Below, piece by piece: positions 21,385 to 32,458 of a stretch of 64,000 bases of DNA. The position numbers and the translations under genes are program-made. This stretch comes from Takakia lepidozioides (taxonomy: Eukaryota; Plantae; Bryophyta), in contig CM060734.1 in assembly GCA_030704615.1 (NCBI GenBank), positions 7,688,001 through 7,752,000 on the forward strand, given 5' to 3'. Below the pieces are notes generated by a model. That model saw only the letters and a list, made by a program, of their open reading frames with translations, did not search any database and was not told the origin of the DNA. How positions within the stretch are numbered: position 1 is the stretch's first letter; each line of letters opens with the position of its first letter.

Positions 21385-23850
21385 AAGGACGACACATCAC
21401 GAACCTCACCTAGCTTATACAGCCACTGGCAACCAACTCTTAACCCCCTGCGAATTCACTCTTAAACACTCCAGAGCTACTGCCAAAACCTACCGATATC
21501 TTAGCCACCTTTTGAACTCTATTCTGCCACCCCTCAGCCTCATGCACTCTTGAATGCAACTCTTGAATAAGAACTCAGACATCAACAGACACATTTGGTG
21601 CTACATGGGTAGATACGTACTACCATTGCAAATGGGTTGGCTTCCCCTCAAAAGACAACAAGCAATCGAAGACGACCTCTTTGGGTCACATGACGACTGC
21701 GACCCTACCCACAACCTTGTCCTCCTCACTGCGTTCCACAAACAGACCAACAGTAATTACCTTACACACATTCATCAGCAACAGGTCTCCCAGACACAAC
21801 TCATAGATGCCCGCCATATACACAACCCGTTAATTTCACCTCATATTTAAGTCAGCACCACATAATGTAACCCTGATAAAGATATTACACGTGAATTCTC
21901 AATCTGTAAAGGTCCACATATGTCTAATATCTTTGCCCTCAATGACCACTTCATTGGCCTAATCTCCAATGATAGGCTAACTTGGATTTGGAATAGATAC
22001 TCTAACCCACATATTTACCAATTACTTCCACCCAGGCAAGATTTCGCTACTGAAATCAACTGGCTTTTAGATCGATACCTCAAGGATACTCCTCCCAAAA
22101 AGCCGCACGAGCCCTTGCCAAACTAACTCAAGCATACGCTCAAACACTATCCCTAGGGATTTTCTCACGCTACTCATCTCCGCTTTCCAACTTACTCACT
22201 CCTTACTCTAGCCCGCTCACGTGTCCCATAGAGCTTACGTCATATGCTAGCCTGCACCCGGGGAAGTCACTCCCTATCACTTGTATAGGACACGTGAGAT
22301 AAATGGGTATTTTGTAAGGGGGTATTACTTTTACTTTGGGTATTTTTTAGTACCATATAATAACATAATTTTGTAATATGGTGAATTTTTGGCATGCTAT
22401 TTTAATTATATATTTTTGTTTTAAACAAATATTAGACATCCTATATTAATAATACAATAAAAAATTATAAGATAAATGAATTTATTATTTGGTTGAAATA
22501 AATTCATTTAAAACATTCACATCATCAGCATTCAAAATATAAACGTCTTGCGCTTTATCGAAAGTCATAGTGACTGAACTAATAATTGAGTCTACATCTA
22601 TTCACTTGTTGTCGGTATGATCATATTTGAATTTAAATTGTCCTCTAGATTTTGAGAAGTAGTTTAATAACACCATAACTGGTGTGGTTGGTCTATTTAG
22701 GAGATCAATAGGCTGTCGCGATATCCCCCACCTGCTCCCTGCCTTCCTTATCATTTTTTGAGTCCTACCTAGCCACCATTTTACCAGTAAGCTACATACA
22801 AATATCTATATCCTTCCCCTAAGAACATGTATATGTTTTTGGAATTTTTCATAGGTATTATCTCAACCCTATAGTAATTTTAATTTTTTTTTAATGAATC
22901 AATATTTTAGACCCTATATTAATTTAAATTCCCTGGTCACAATATAATGTACCATTTATTATTTTTATCTTTTCTGAATAAATTGCACCCTATACTTTTT
23001 TGCACATCGGTTGGAAATTTTTGGAAGTGACTTCCCCGGGAGCCTGCACCACAGAGACTGCATCTTTGGTGCCTGCACAAAACTTGCCACCCAACACAGA
23101 TAGGTCGGCAGAGGCCTCGCCCATCCCCCTGGACCCTATAATCAAGAGTCATTCAATGGGCACGTAGCGCCGCCCACTCCTCTCCTTCTGCCCTCACAAT
23201 CCTCATACTCACACACTACTCACACAACAAAGGTCTCCCGACAACCCGGCCCCCACCCCCTCCTACAATTCCCTCCCGGCGTCACACTCCTAGCCACCAT
23301 TGAACCAAACCAGCTACACTACAAACCGGCCCCACCATTCCCAAAGTATCTTAATCACTCGGAACCCACCATAAAGTTATTACTGCATGTCCAACACACA
23401 TATCCCACTTCCATACCCATAACCTTCCATCCCATCTTGCACCATCTACTCGTACGCACTTGGGATATGAAAGTCACCATCCCCCCTTCCCCGTACCCCC
23501 ACCCGTCCTACACCATCCACCTGGCCTCTCACCCGACCTGTTTCCTAGGGTTAACTCAAGCAAGGCTTGGATAAGGGCGTTGTCGGACCTTCCTCTTGCC
23601 CCTCTCATGTCTTCTGATGCCCCACCGCTCTACCATCAGAGTAAGCCCTCCCCCGTACCCCCACCCCTCCTAATGCCGGCACCTACGAAGGCAGGTCCCC
23701 ACACCATATTGTCCCCCCCTGGCTCCTCTTTTGTGTTTGCCCCCGGTCACCCCTGCACCTGCCCCTCCCGGCTCTGCCCTAATATCTTGTTTATCCAGGG
23801 CTTACCCATCAAAACCCATCGTTTGAGTACTTTTTCATATCCCATCCTTA
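21385..23850 (+). mobile_element. Degraded Dualen/RandI-like LINE ORF segment, split by a MITE
   Basis: C-rich coding strand; motifs YYHCKWVG (21618), CNPDKDI (21866), RLTWIWNRY..PPRQDFATEINWLLDRY, YSSPLTCP..YASLHHRDCIFG..GRGLAHP..IQWARSAA; frame restored across the insertion; stops and frameshifts. Right boundary approximate. Confidence 0.5.
22257..23040. mobile_element. 784-bp AT-rich MITE with 15-bp perfect TIR and 8-bp TSD
   Basis: TIR cccggggaagtcact (22257-22271) / agtgacttccccggg (23026-23040); TSD agcctgca at 22249-22256 and 23041-23048. Confidence 0.9.
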
Positions 23851-24284
23851 ACTAGTACCTGGGCAATGTGCATGATGCCTATAGATATATTGTCAATTAG
23901 CATGAGACAAGCTTCTACAGCATATCTGTGCCGTACTTCATGTCGATGAACCCCTTCTCATCACTGTGAGATTTTATCACCCCTGCATAACAAAAAGTGT
24001 GTAAGAATGACACAAAATTTCCTCTGCTTTTCATCATGGCTTCAAGACCTTGAATCTCTTGAGGAGCTTCAAAAGTTTAAAGTACTTCCTGTCTCTTTTC
24101 CTCTTCCTACCAAAAGCAGCACTGTTTATATCACTACCGCTGCCAGCCTGGGCCTCGGGACTACATCACAGCCAGTTTTCACAGGTGAATAAGTACATCT
24201 CTTACTCCTGATTCTGTCCCTGTGACATGAGTACAAAGCCCTGTGAGTACAAAATGACTGCTGCAACACCCATAATGGCACTAG

Positions 24285-25137
24285 TATGCAAAGGCTGCAT
24301 CTACTGGCCTCAATGGCAGGACTCCATTAAATCAGCTATGGGAGAGGTTTGGTAAGGCCGCATCACAGCATGTAGTGAGCTGTAGAGTGGCAGCTACAGC
24401 TGTCAAGGACCTGATTGACATTGAGCACCAGTGTCTTCACTCTCAAGCATCATACAGGTTAGCTTTCCATCTATGAGTCTTGCTATTGTTGTGAAAAAGT
24501 GTGCGTGGGACCTACAATGTCTCTCATGGTTGCATGCACTAACTAATTTGCGTATTGTGAATTGAAGGGGAGGATGCTTAGGCAGAGTGAAAATTCCTGA
24601 TATTTTTGTTTTACAGGGAGGCTGATACAGTCATGAAGGCAGAGCCGCAGAAGCTGCTTCACCGTATTGTCACCCACTTCCAGGTCTCACCCCAAAACAC
24701 ACTCTCTTTCTCAGCTGAAGTAAAATTATTCATATGACGAAGAATTCGTTTGCTTGGTGATGCAATCATCCACTCTGGGAAAAATTTGGAGTTACTTGGA
24801 AGGCAGGGGCATTCAGCAGCTCGTCATACGCAATGTGTGTGTGTAAATTGATTGAGAGTCCAGGCTGTTTGCTGCATTCAGATAATCACAGCCAAAGCAA
24901 TTACCATAAAGAGGAATTCAGATGGTTTGAAGCCACTCATCTTCTCTATGTACCTGCATGCAGATGTTGTTTGAGATACCACATCTGGAGGGGGTGATGG
25001 CAGTCATGAATTCTGTGTGCATCCAGTGCCCCGAGTATCAGAATTTTGCACGAGCCCTCTGTTCCATGCTGGGGCTAGCCAAAGATGCGGGACCCAACAC
25101 CATCATTTCAGCTGTCAATGCTGCTACTACTAGGTAG
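24285..25137 (+). pseudogene. CEP70: CEP70-like (centrosomal protein 70) 3' gene fragment
   Basis: Exons ~24285-24457, 24617-24683, 24964-25137 with GT-AG borders give KDLIDIEHQCLHSQASYREADTVMKAEPQKLLHRIVTHFQMLFEIPHLEGVMAVMNSV..., resembling the CEP70 C-terminal IVxHFQxLFxxxxLxGVxxxMNxV motif; no intact 5' part found. Confidence 0.55.
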
Positions 25138-26226
25138 GTTCATCATTTGGGCTGCAACTTAGAGTCCACCTTCGCAAGGGCTGGAGGCATCAGTGCCTTC
25201 AGAGACATTTCATGGGTGTGTCTATTTTGCTTCCTTGGTTGACCATGGTCTTCCTGCACAGTTTCATTGTCTTGTGTACCCCTTTCCTTGATTTCTATCT
25301 TTTCACCAAAGCTGTCAAGCTGTGTTCTAGTTGCCCTGAAGATAGTATGCTTTGGTACTCATCAAACCTTTGGAGAGTTTCTTATGCAACCATGTGCTAG
25401 TTGAAAAGTACAGTGTGGATCTTCAACAGTATTGACAATGTTGATACTGTACTTCTGATGGAGAGGAGCAATGATAACCTTCAGACTAGTGAGATTCACA
25501 GGTGCACTCCCTAGTTCAATCACAAGCACCACTCAAGGCTCAAATTCTTGAACAAGGTTTTTGGCCAAGTTTGCACAATGAGCACAAATTCTCCCTAGAG
25601 CAATAGTTGGGCATTGATGCAAATTGTAGGTTTTCGTTTACTTATGTGACCGTAGTCCTTATTGATCTTATTCCACATTTGTTCAGAATTTTCCAACATG
25701 GTCTCAGTTACATCTTTACTGTCTCCCTTTGTTCCTCTTTCGTATGTTAGCGAGGATCTGCTGTAAAATACAGAAGGGGATTGTTAGCCAGAAACTACAC
25801 AATCTGAGCGACATCTTTATCTGTGCATCCCACACTTGAAAGGATTCTGCATGTCAGTATTCCATAATGTCAAGAGCCATACCATGCACTAGTCTCCCAC
25901 TAAGGACAAAACTTGTAAGAACATTGCATGAAATGGAAACATGAATAACCACCTATCCACCTGCACCCACGGTTATTCTTTGCTAGGATCCATGGCTGTC
26001 ACACTCCACTTCAAATTGGGTGGGCTACAATTACCTCTCCTCAACTTGACTTCACGCCAGAACAGAAACAATGTTAAAGATTACTGGCTGTGACAACGGT
26101 GAACAGTCCTCTCTTGGGGAGAAAATATGTCCTACTAGGACACACTGGTAAGCCAGATGATTTATAAGAGGGCCACACATAAGTGGACAATCTAGAGATT
26201 TGAGTTCCCAGTGTGTCAAGATTCAA

Positions 26227-27829
26227 TCATGTCATATACTCCATGACATCATGTGCAATTTGGTCCAAAAATGATACAAAACCCATGCCCGTCGCTAGCC
26301 CACTGCCATCCACATCCTGCTCTTCTATCAAGTAACGCTCGAAGGGCTCCGTGTTGTCATGGCCTCCCCTAATCATCAGCAACTTCGGAGTTATGTTTCT
26401 CTCCTGTTTCAACTTATTGATGACCCCGCGCAACAAACCTGTTCGCATGCACATGCAATCTCAGAAAACAAATTGTATATACATTACAATCATGCACTCC
26501 AACAAGGTGAAGCACATTCCAACTCATCTCCAAGACTGCTATATTACTTTCGGCGAGGACACTGCATTTCGAGGGAGGTTGTAGAGCTCCTAAGCCATCC
26601 ATTCCCTGGGGTCCCTCAACAGCCATGGCGCTGCTTATCTGGTGTTTCATAGGATGACAACACCAGATACACCGCTCTCAGCAGATATGATGGCTCCAAT
26701 GCACTGCATCCAATGCACAATTCGATGTTACCCTCCACGGCAGAATGTATGTTTTTATGTGCAGGTCTCCCACCTGACCATCATGTGGACACCCGCCAAT
26801 CATCCTAAGAACAAGAGGGTTCTATACCAGGTGTACCAAGCACAACGTAAAAAGTCAAGACCCTACATAAAGGAAGCCAACAAAGTAAAACGACAATATC
26901 TTTGAACTGTTTACCACTGTTTCTCTAACAAGGAACATCAGCATCTTTTTTGCACCTGAAAAGGCATTGAAGAAATATCCGGTAATCAGGATGCACGCCT
27001 TCCTCATGGCTGAGGAGAAGTGGGCTGTGAAGAAGAGCAAATACATGCCGAGGCAATGCCTGCAACTGAGGGCACTTCAAGAATGCCACATCCAGCCGAC
27101 CATTGGTGCCAGGCTGCTCAAACCGAGCAAGCTTGTAGTAGTCATTGTACTGAGCAGTAAGAATGACCAGCCAGTCATGCAACAGCGCCCGTGCCTCCTT
27201 TACCCCATTCTCCAATGATGCCCGGATTATCTGCTTCATCCAAAAATGTGATTTATTATTTCAGTACTATTTAGCACAACAAGTCAGAACAAGCTGTTCA
27301 CTGATCCAGCTCTGAGGCACTCTAGTTTGCAGCAAACCCGCCTCAGGTTGCCGAATGAAGCTGCAGTAACCTAGTCCACATGTAGCTCATAACATTCATT
27401 CGGTCCTGCTATTATTCATTATTAAAACACCTGCAGGTGAGCACCAAGCAACGAATTTGAGTATCTCTACCCTACCAAGGAGGCATGGGATCGAGGACTT
27501 TCTCGTCTTTGCAAGGGAACTTTTAATAACATATGAAACCCTCCTAGGAACGTAGAACTAAATTGATCCGAAGATACTGCGCTTCTTAGTCTCTGGGTAT
27601 GTGAATCCTCACCGTTTATCCTTTTAACCCCAAGACCCACAACCAAAACCGCCAATCCAAAACCCAGCACCAGTCATTAGGAGAAAAACAAGCATACAAG
27701 ATTACCTTGTGTGTGAGGAGGGTGAGGATGACCTCAGGATCTGCACTCTCGTACAATTCAGTGAAGTTGGAAGCTACTCCAATTGGAAGAGTTCGTATTC
27801 TCAGCCGCCTCTTCAGTGTGTACTGCTGC
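26227..27829 (-). pseudogene. SEC23D: SEC23 D-like (Sec23/Sec24 family) 3' gene fragment, disrupted
   Basis: Exons 27706-27829 (KRRLRIRT..ESADPEVILTLLTHK), 26956-27230 (LLHDWLVILTAQYND..HEEGVHPDYRIFLQCLF), remnant 26631-26703 (ALEPS..SYETPDKQ, then broken), 26227-26438 (ITPKL..YLIEEQDVDGSG..GFVSFL); 5' exons absent. Confidence 0.85.
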
Positions 27830-27999
27830 CTGAGGCACGATATCCAATTTCACTTTTAGACCTATTACAATTGCGAAAGAAGATGCAGTAAGGGACAGCC
27901 ACAAGACCACCCATCCCTACTCATGTCTTCTCTCCCACTGTCTGCTCCTCCCCTCAAATCCCGACCAAAAAAACAAAGCTAGCAAACTGCCTATCCATC

Positions 28000-28725
28000 T
28001 TGTCCCCTCCCCCTCTCACCTCCCTGCAGCAGATATGGAGCTCAAGTTTCATGATGCCCGCAGTATTATCGACCCCCCTGCACCGAGCCTTCCCAATTCG
28101 CTGGTGCCCTCAACGAGCGTGCTCCCCGGCCCCCGATCACGACCAGAAGATGATGGACCACGATGTCACGACACCCCCGCCCCACAGTCAAGACCAGTTC
28201 AGTAATGGCCCGGGCTCCTCCAACCACAGGGCCAAAAGGGCCTCCAGTGAGGCTAACAGTACCGATGACCCGGCTCCATCCGAATCTAAGAAGTTGCGCA
28301 ATCACCTGCAAGACACCCAAGAGCTACTGAACCAAGAAATCAGCAGCAAAAAGAAAGCCCTCCACCTTTGGTACGGCTTCCAGAATATGGAGATCTACAC
28401 TTATGAAAACAACAGGCCTATTATTACTGAGCACCAAACTATGGAGGAGTTCCTGCTACTGGGCATCCCTCCCAAAGAATGTGACGAATTGTTACACTGC
28501 AAGAAATCCTTCCCACGGGTGCCGCAGAGGCTCTATCCTGCCACCCGCCCCGATGGCCAAAGTGGTCAGTTTCTGCATCTCACGCAACTGCCAAGCGGCA
28601 CCACGGTCGATCCTACCGCTACAAGCCCACCCCTATCACGTGATGATAAGATTTGACACCGAGGCTGAGCTCCCACGATCGCTCGTTCTCACCCGGGCAA
28701 CTCAACGTTTCTCTGACATGGATAT
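28000..28725 (+). other. Frameshifted orphan ORF remnant, possibly a TE N-terminal/ORF1 protein
   Basis: ORF 28000-28656 continues by frameshift into the start of 28403-29473; no family recognised. Confidence 0.25.
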
Positions 28726-28729
28726 ACAA

Positions 28730-29903
28730 GTCTCCACTCGTCATCCGGTGGACCAGCTCCACGCCGCAGCCAGGGCCACACGTGGATATTTTGAAGATGT
28801 AACAACGATATGTCTCACTCCCTTGTCCTGGAAAACGACTTCAATGAATGTAGTCATATCTACATCGTCGCTTCACCTCCAGAATGGACTGCATATCCAA
28901 TCCTCGCCCAATTTTCTGCTTGCAGGACACAATGTGGTTGCGAACATTGGGGGAGCAGACGTGGGACACCGACTTCAGCAATGCCTCCATTTCCTTCTCA
29001 TCCAAAGGAAGTCTATCGGAACCATCTTCCGACATTATTCTGCTCAATGCCATCTTGTGGGCGGCCTGCAGCTGTATCTGTTTGGGTTTGGCACCAGGTC
29101 TCAACTTGACCTCCTCCTGAATGAGCGGCTCTGCCTCCTAGGCAGCCTCCCGCTAGTTTCCCCTCGCCAATTTGTGACAGTGCACACCAATGTGTATGCA
29201 AGCTCGTGTGAGGACTGGCAAAAGGTGGCACACATAGTACTGCTTGGCATTACAAACAGACATACAAACCGGTGGTTGTTTGCAATGCGCGCACTTAAAT
29301 GTGGAGTTTGGAACCTTTTCTTGAGCTCGGAAGGGTTGAGGAGCTGTGCCTGTCCAATCCGTCTCGTTCCTGTGACCTTTGGATTTATAGTGGAAGCAAG
29401 AAACACCGCAGCGCGCCCACACACAGAACGTACCGCACCCGCATCCGCACACCATCGATCATCTTCATGCTAGTGGTTCTGGTCACGCACCAAGGGTGCC
29501 CGTCATGTTTCCTATCCATTTCGGACGCTCTGTTATTGTCCGGGCAAGGAGGGAACCCAAAAATGAGATTGTCGTCGACGTCTGGGGGAAGATATGTTAC
29601 TGATTTGATTGTGAACTTGCTGTAGTCCAGCGCAGCCAGCTCAGAGCGGTGTCCATCCATGTGCAGCCCTCGTAGAATATCAAGAATGGATCGAGTTGCT
29701 GAGGTCGTAGAGGGAATATGACTTCCTCCTCTGCTAATGTCCATTGACGACTTGCCTGATCTCCAGGATGAGCTTGGAACTTCCATGACCTCGTCTGAGT
29801 CGGAGAGGTTGTGAACAACCGCGTTCTCGCTCACCTTCAGTGATGGCGTCGCCTTTGGATTATCTTCGTTGCGGAATTTTGTCTTCGAGGTTCCAACTCT
29901 CAT
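28730..29903 (-). mobile_element. N-terminal remnant of a moss-type MULE-like transposase with Cys/His-rich (GCM-like) region
   Basis: MDRKHDGHPWCVT..CVGALRC, CKQPPVCMSVC..RACIHIGVHCH, SRFPGQG..IFKISTCGPGCGVELVHRM..GDL; truncated before the catalytic core; family assignment recalled, unverified. Confidence 0.45.
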
Positions 29904-29995
29904 ATTCGCGGATTCTTTCGTGGAAGGCGGGCGACAATGTCGTGCGCATACATATCGCTACACAACTACATCGCTGTCCAAAACCACACAACACA

Positions 29996-30113
29996 TGTGC
30001 ACACCACACACTAGTATACCACTAGTCTACCACTAGTCCAGCCACTAGTCCAACCACTAGGCTACAACTAGTCAGTCACTAGGCTGCCACTATGGCAGTC
30101 ACTAGTCCACACA
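29996..30113 (-). repeat. Putative short 3' LTR of the PHD-Gypsy element
   Basis: Minus strand reads TGTGTGG...GTGCACA directly after PPT-like AGGGGGGCGAT (30114-30124); built of CTAGT(G)-core repeats. Confidence 0.5.
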
Positions 30114-32458
30114 ATCGCCCCCCTAGCTGGTGCTTAGGTCCCTCTAAGTCCAGGTAGCCACAAGATGTGATAGTGACCATAGCCTCACTAAGTCCTCCAC
30201 CACTATCCCTACTACACTCAAACTCGATAGATCAAGAGGCCGGGTGCAAGAGTTGCCCCATCGTTAGTCGCCGTCTTGCAACCTGTGAACTTGAGCTTGG
30301 GATCTCATGTATTGACTCCTATGAGCTTGGCCTCCCATGTCTTGTTAGCTGCCTCCAGTCATGTCCACTGCCACTATCCCAAGCAGTGTGGACACAACCA
30401 ATCTCCGTCAGGAACCTTCTCAAGGGGTGGTGTCAAGCATCCCATATGCCAACCCCTTGAGCACCGATCACACACCAGCATGGTGGCTGCCCCTTTGGCA
30501 GACCCACAGAGCATGCACCTCAAACCTGCAGGTACCACTGCCAAGTTTGGGTCAACTCTACCATCGACATTGGGAAGGTGACATGGCGCACAATTACGCA
30601 CATGGTCTTTCCAAGTCATGCCATCCCGACCCTCTAAGATCAGGACCCCTGAGGGCAACACCTCTCGAACCCTCAGAATAACACGTCCTGCAGTAACATC
30701 CAGAGTCGTAGGAGCAGTCTGCTGCAAATAAACATAGTCACTAGGGCTAAACCTCCGAACCCCAGGACGATATCCTCCACCACGTATAGTGGCATATCTC
30801 AACGTATCACGGTGCTGTGCAATGGCAAGGTTCTCAAAAGCCATGGGCATGACTTTCTTGAACAACCCTGCACGCTGATCACATGCACGTACCCACATGT
30901 CCGGATCGTCAAGGTTAAGGACTTGAGCAGTGTCCCTACGAATGGCTGCAGGCAAATCCGGCTCTCGGCCAAAGAGAAGGAAATATGGTGAGAAGGAGGC
31001 AAGTGATGCTTGTTTGCTGAACCTGTAGCCCATGGCTAACCAAGGAACCTGAAGATCCCAATCTCCTAGGTGTCCCTTCTGCAAGCCATACTTGCGCAAA
31101 CCCCTCTTCACCGTCTGAACAACTCTCTCTGCTAAGCCATCGGCCTCAGGATGATCCCGAGAAGTGGTGCGGTGGTCTATCAAGGCTTTATCACACAAAG
31201 CCTGAAACTCCCCCAAGAACTCTCTCCCTTGGTCCGTGAGTACCTCAGTTGCAGCACCAAATCGGCTAAGCACACGATCCAAGAATGCATACGCAGCCCC
31301 CTCACTAGCCTTGTCAGGCAATGGAACCAACTCAATCCACTTGGAGAAGTGCTCCACCATCACCAACACATATCTATGGTGGCGCATAGTCAGTGGCAAC
31401 GGTCCTGCGAAGTCAAGACTCCACCTGTAGCCCAATCCCATGATAGGTAAAGGATGCAACTGTGGTGTAGGGGCGTTGAATGAAGCACGCACCCTGTCAC
31501 ACACCATGCACCTAGCCACAAACTGTTGCACCTCTGTATGCATACCACGCCACCAATACTGCCCCTGCAGTAAACTGTGAGTGCGTCGCACTCCAAAATG
31601 CCCCAACTCCTCATGGGCATGCCGCACTAACCGTGCACGCTGTGTGGGGTGAGGCACAATCCTCACCCGACCATCCTCCCACACTCGAAGTAGGTGTATC
31701 CCCTCCCACCTGAACCTCTTGGCTCGTTGCAGGATCCGATCCCTCTCCCTGGCAGTCACAATGGCTGCCGTGTCTCCCGTGCGGAGGTAGTCCAACACAG
31801 TCGAATCCTCATGTATATCTCTGGCACCACCTAGCTCATCACTAGCCTCAGGGTCCTCAGACACTCCGTCTACAGTCATCCCTGTTGTAGGTCCAATCTG
31901 ACCTCCCGATGCCAAGATACACAAAAATGCAGATGCGTGCCATCCCGGCACCATCTCCTCGTCCGTCTCACCATGCCACCGAGCTCCAGTGTCATCCTGC
32001 TGGCTCATGCATGGATTGCGACTCAATCCATCCGCATCCCGATTGACCAAACCCGGTCGATGCACAACCTAAAAGTCATACTCCTGGAGTATAAGTGCCC
32101 ACCGTGCAAGCTTCCCCGTAAGCTTGTCTGACTCCATCAACCACTTGAGTGGCTGGTGATCCGTGACAAGGGTGAAAAGATTGCCGTATAGATAGCACCT
32201 GAAGTGTGCCACGGCCCACACTGCAGCTAAGCACTCTCCCTCATATGAGCTGTACTTAGCCTCTGCAGCGTTGTTCGAGCGGCTAGCGTAAGCCACTACG
32301 AACTCTCTTCCCTCATCATCCACCTGTGTGAGCACCGCTCCAAGCCCCAGCATGCTCCAATCCGTATGCAGCTGAAAGGGACGCCCCCTGATAGGTCGTC
32401 TCACGATAGGCGCTGAGGTCAACCTCGCCTTGAGCTCTTGAAAAGCTCGTTCTTGCGA
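29996..32458 (-). mobile_element. 5'-truncated Ty3/Gypsy LTR retrotransposon: RNase H, integrase, C-terminal PHD finger
   Basis: RNase H FQLHTDWS..AYASR..TDHQPL (32069-32458); one TAG; integrase HEELGHFG..CMVC, WSLDFAGP, TDQG, DGLAER; PHD 30374-30517. Confidence 0.9.

Noticed and set aside
28730-29473. 3' two-thirds of the 356-aa plus ORF 28403-29473 as a gene
   Set aside because: Antisense to the MULE-like remnant, which carries the recognisable motifs
30009-30106. CACTAG repeats as the missing left CACTA TIR
   Set aside because: No match to CACTAATACAGAAACC beyond 5 nt; they follow a PPT and fit an LTR
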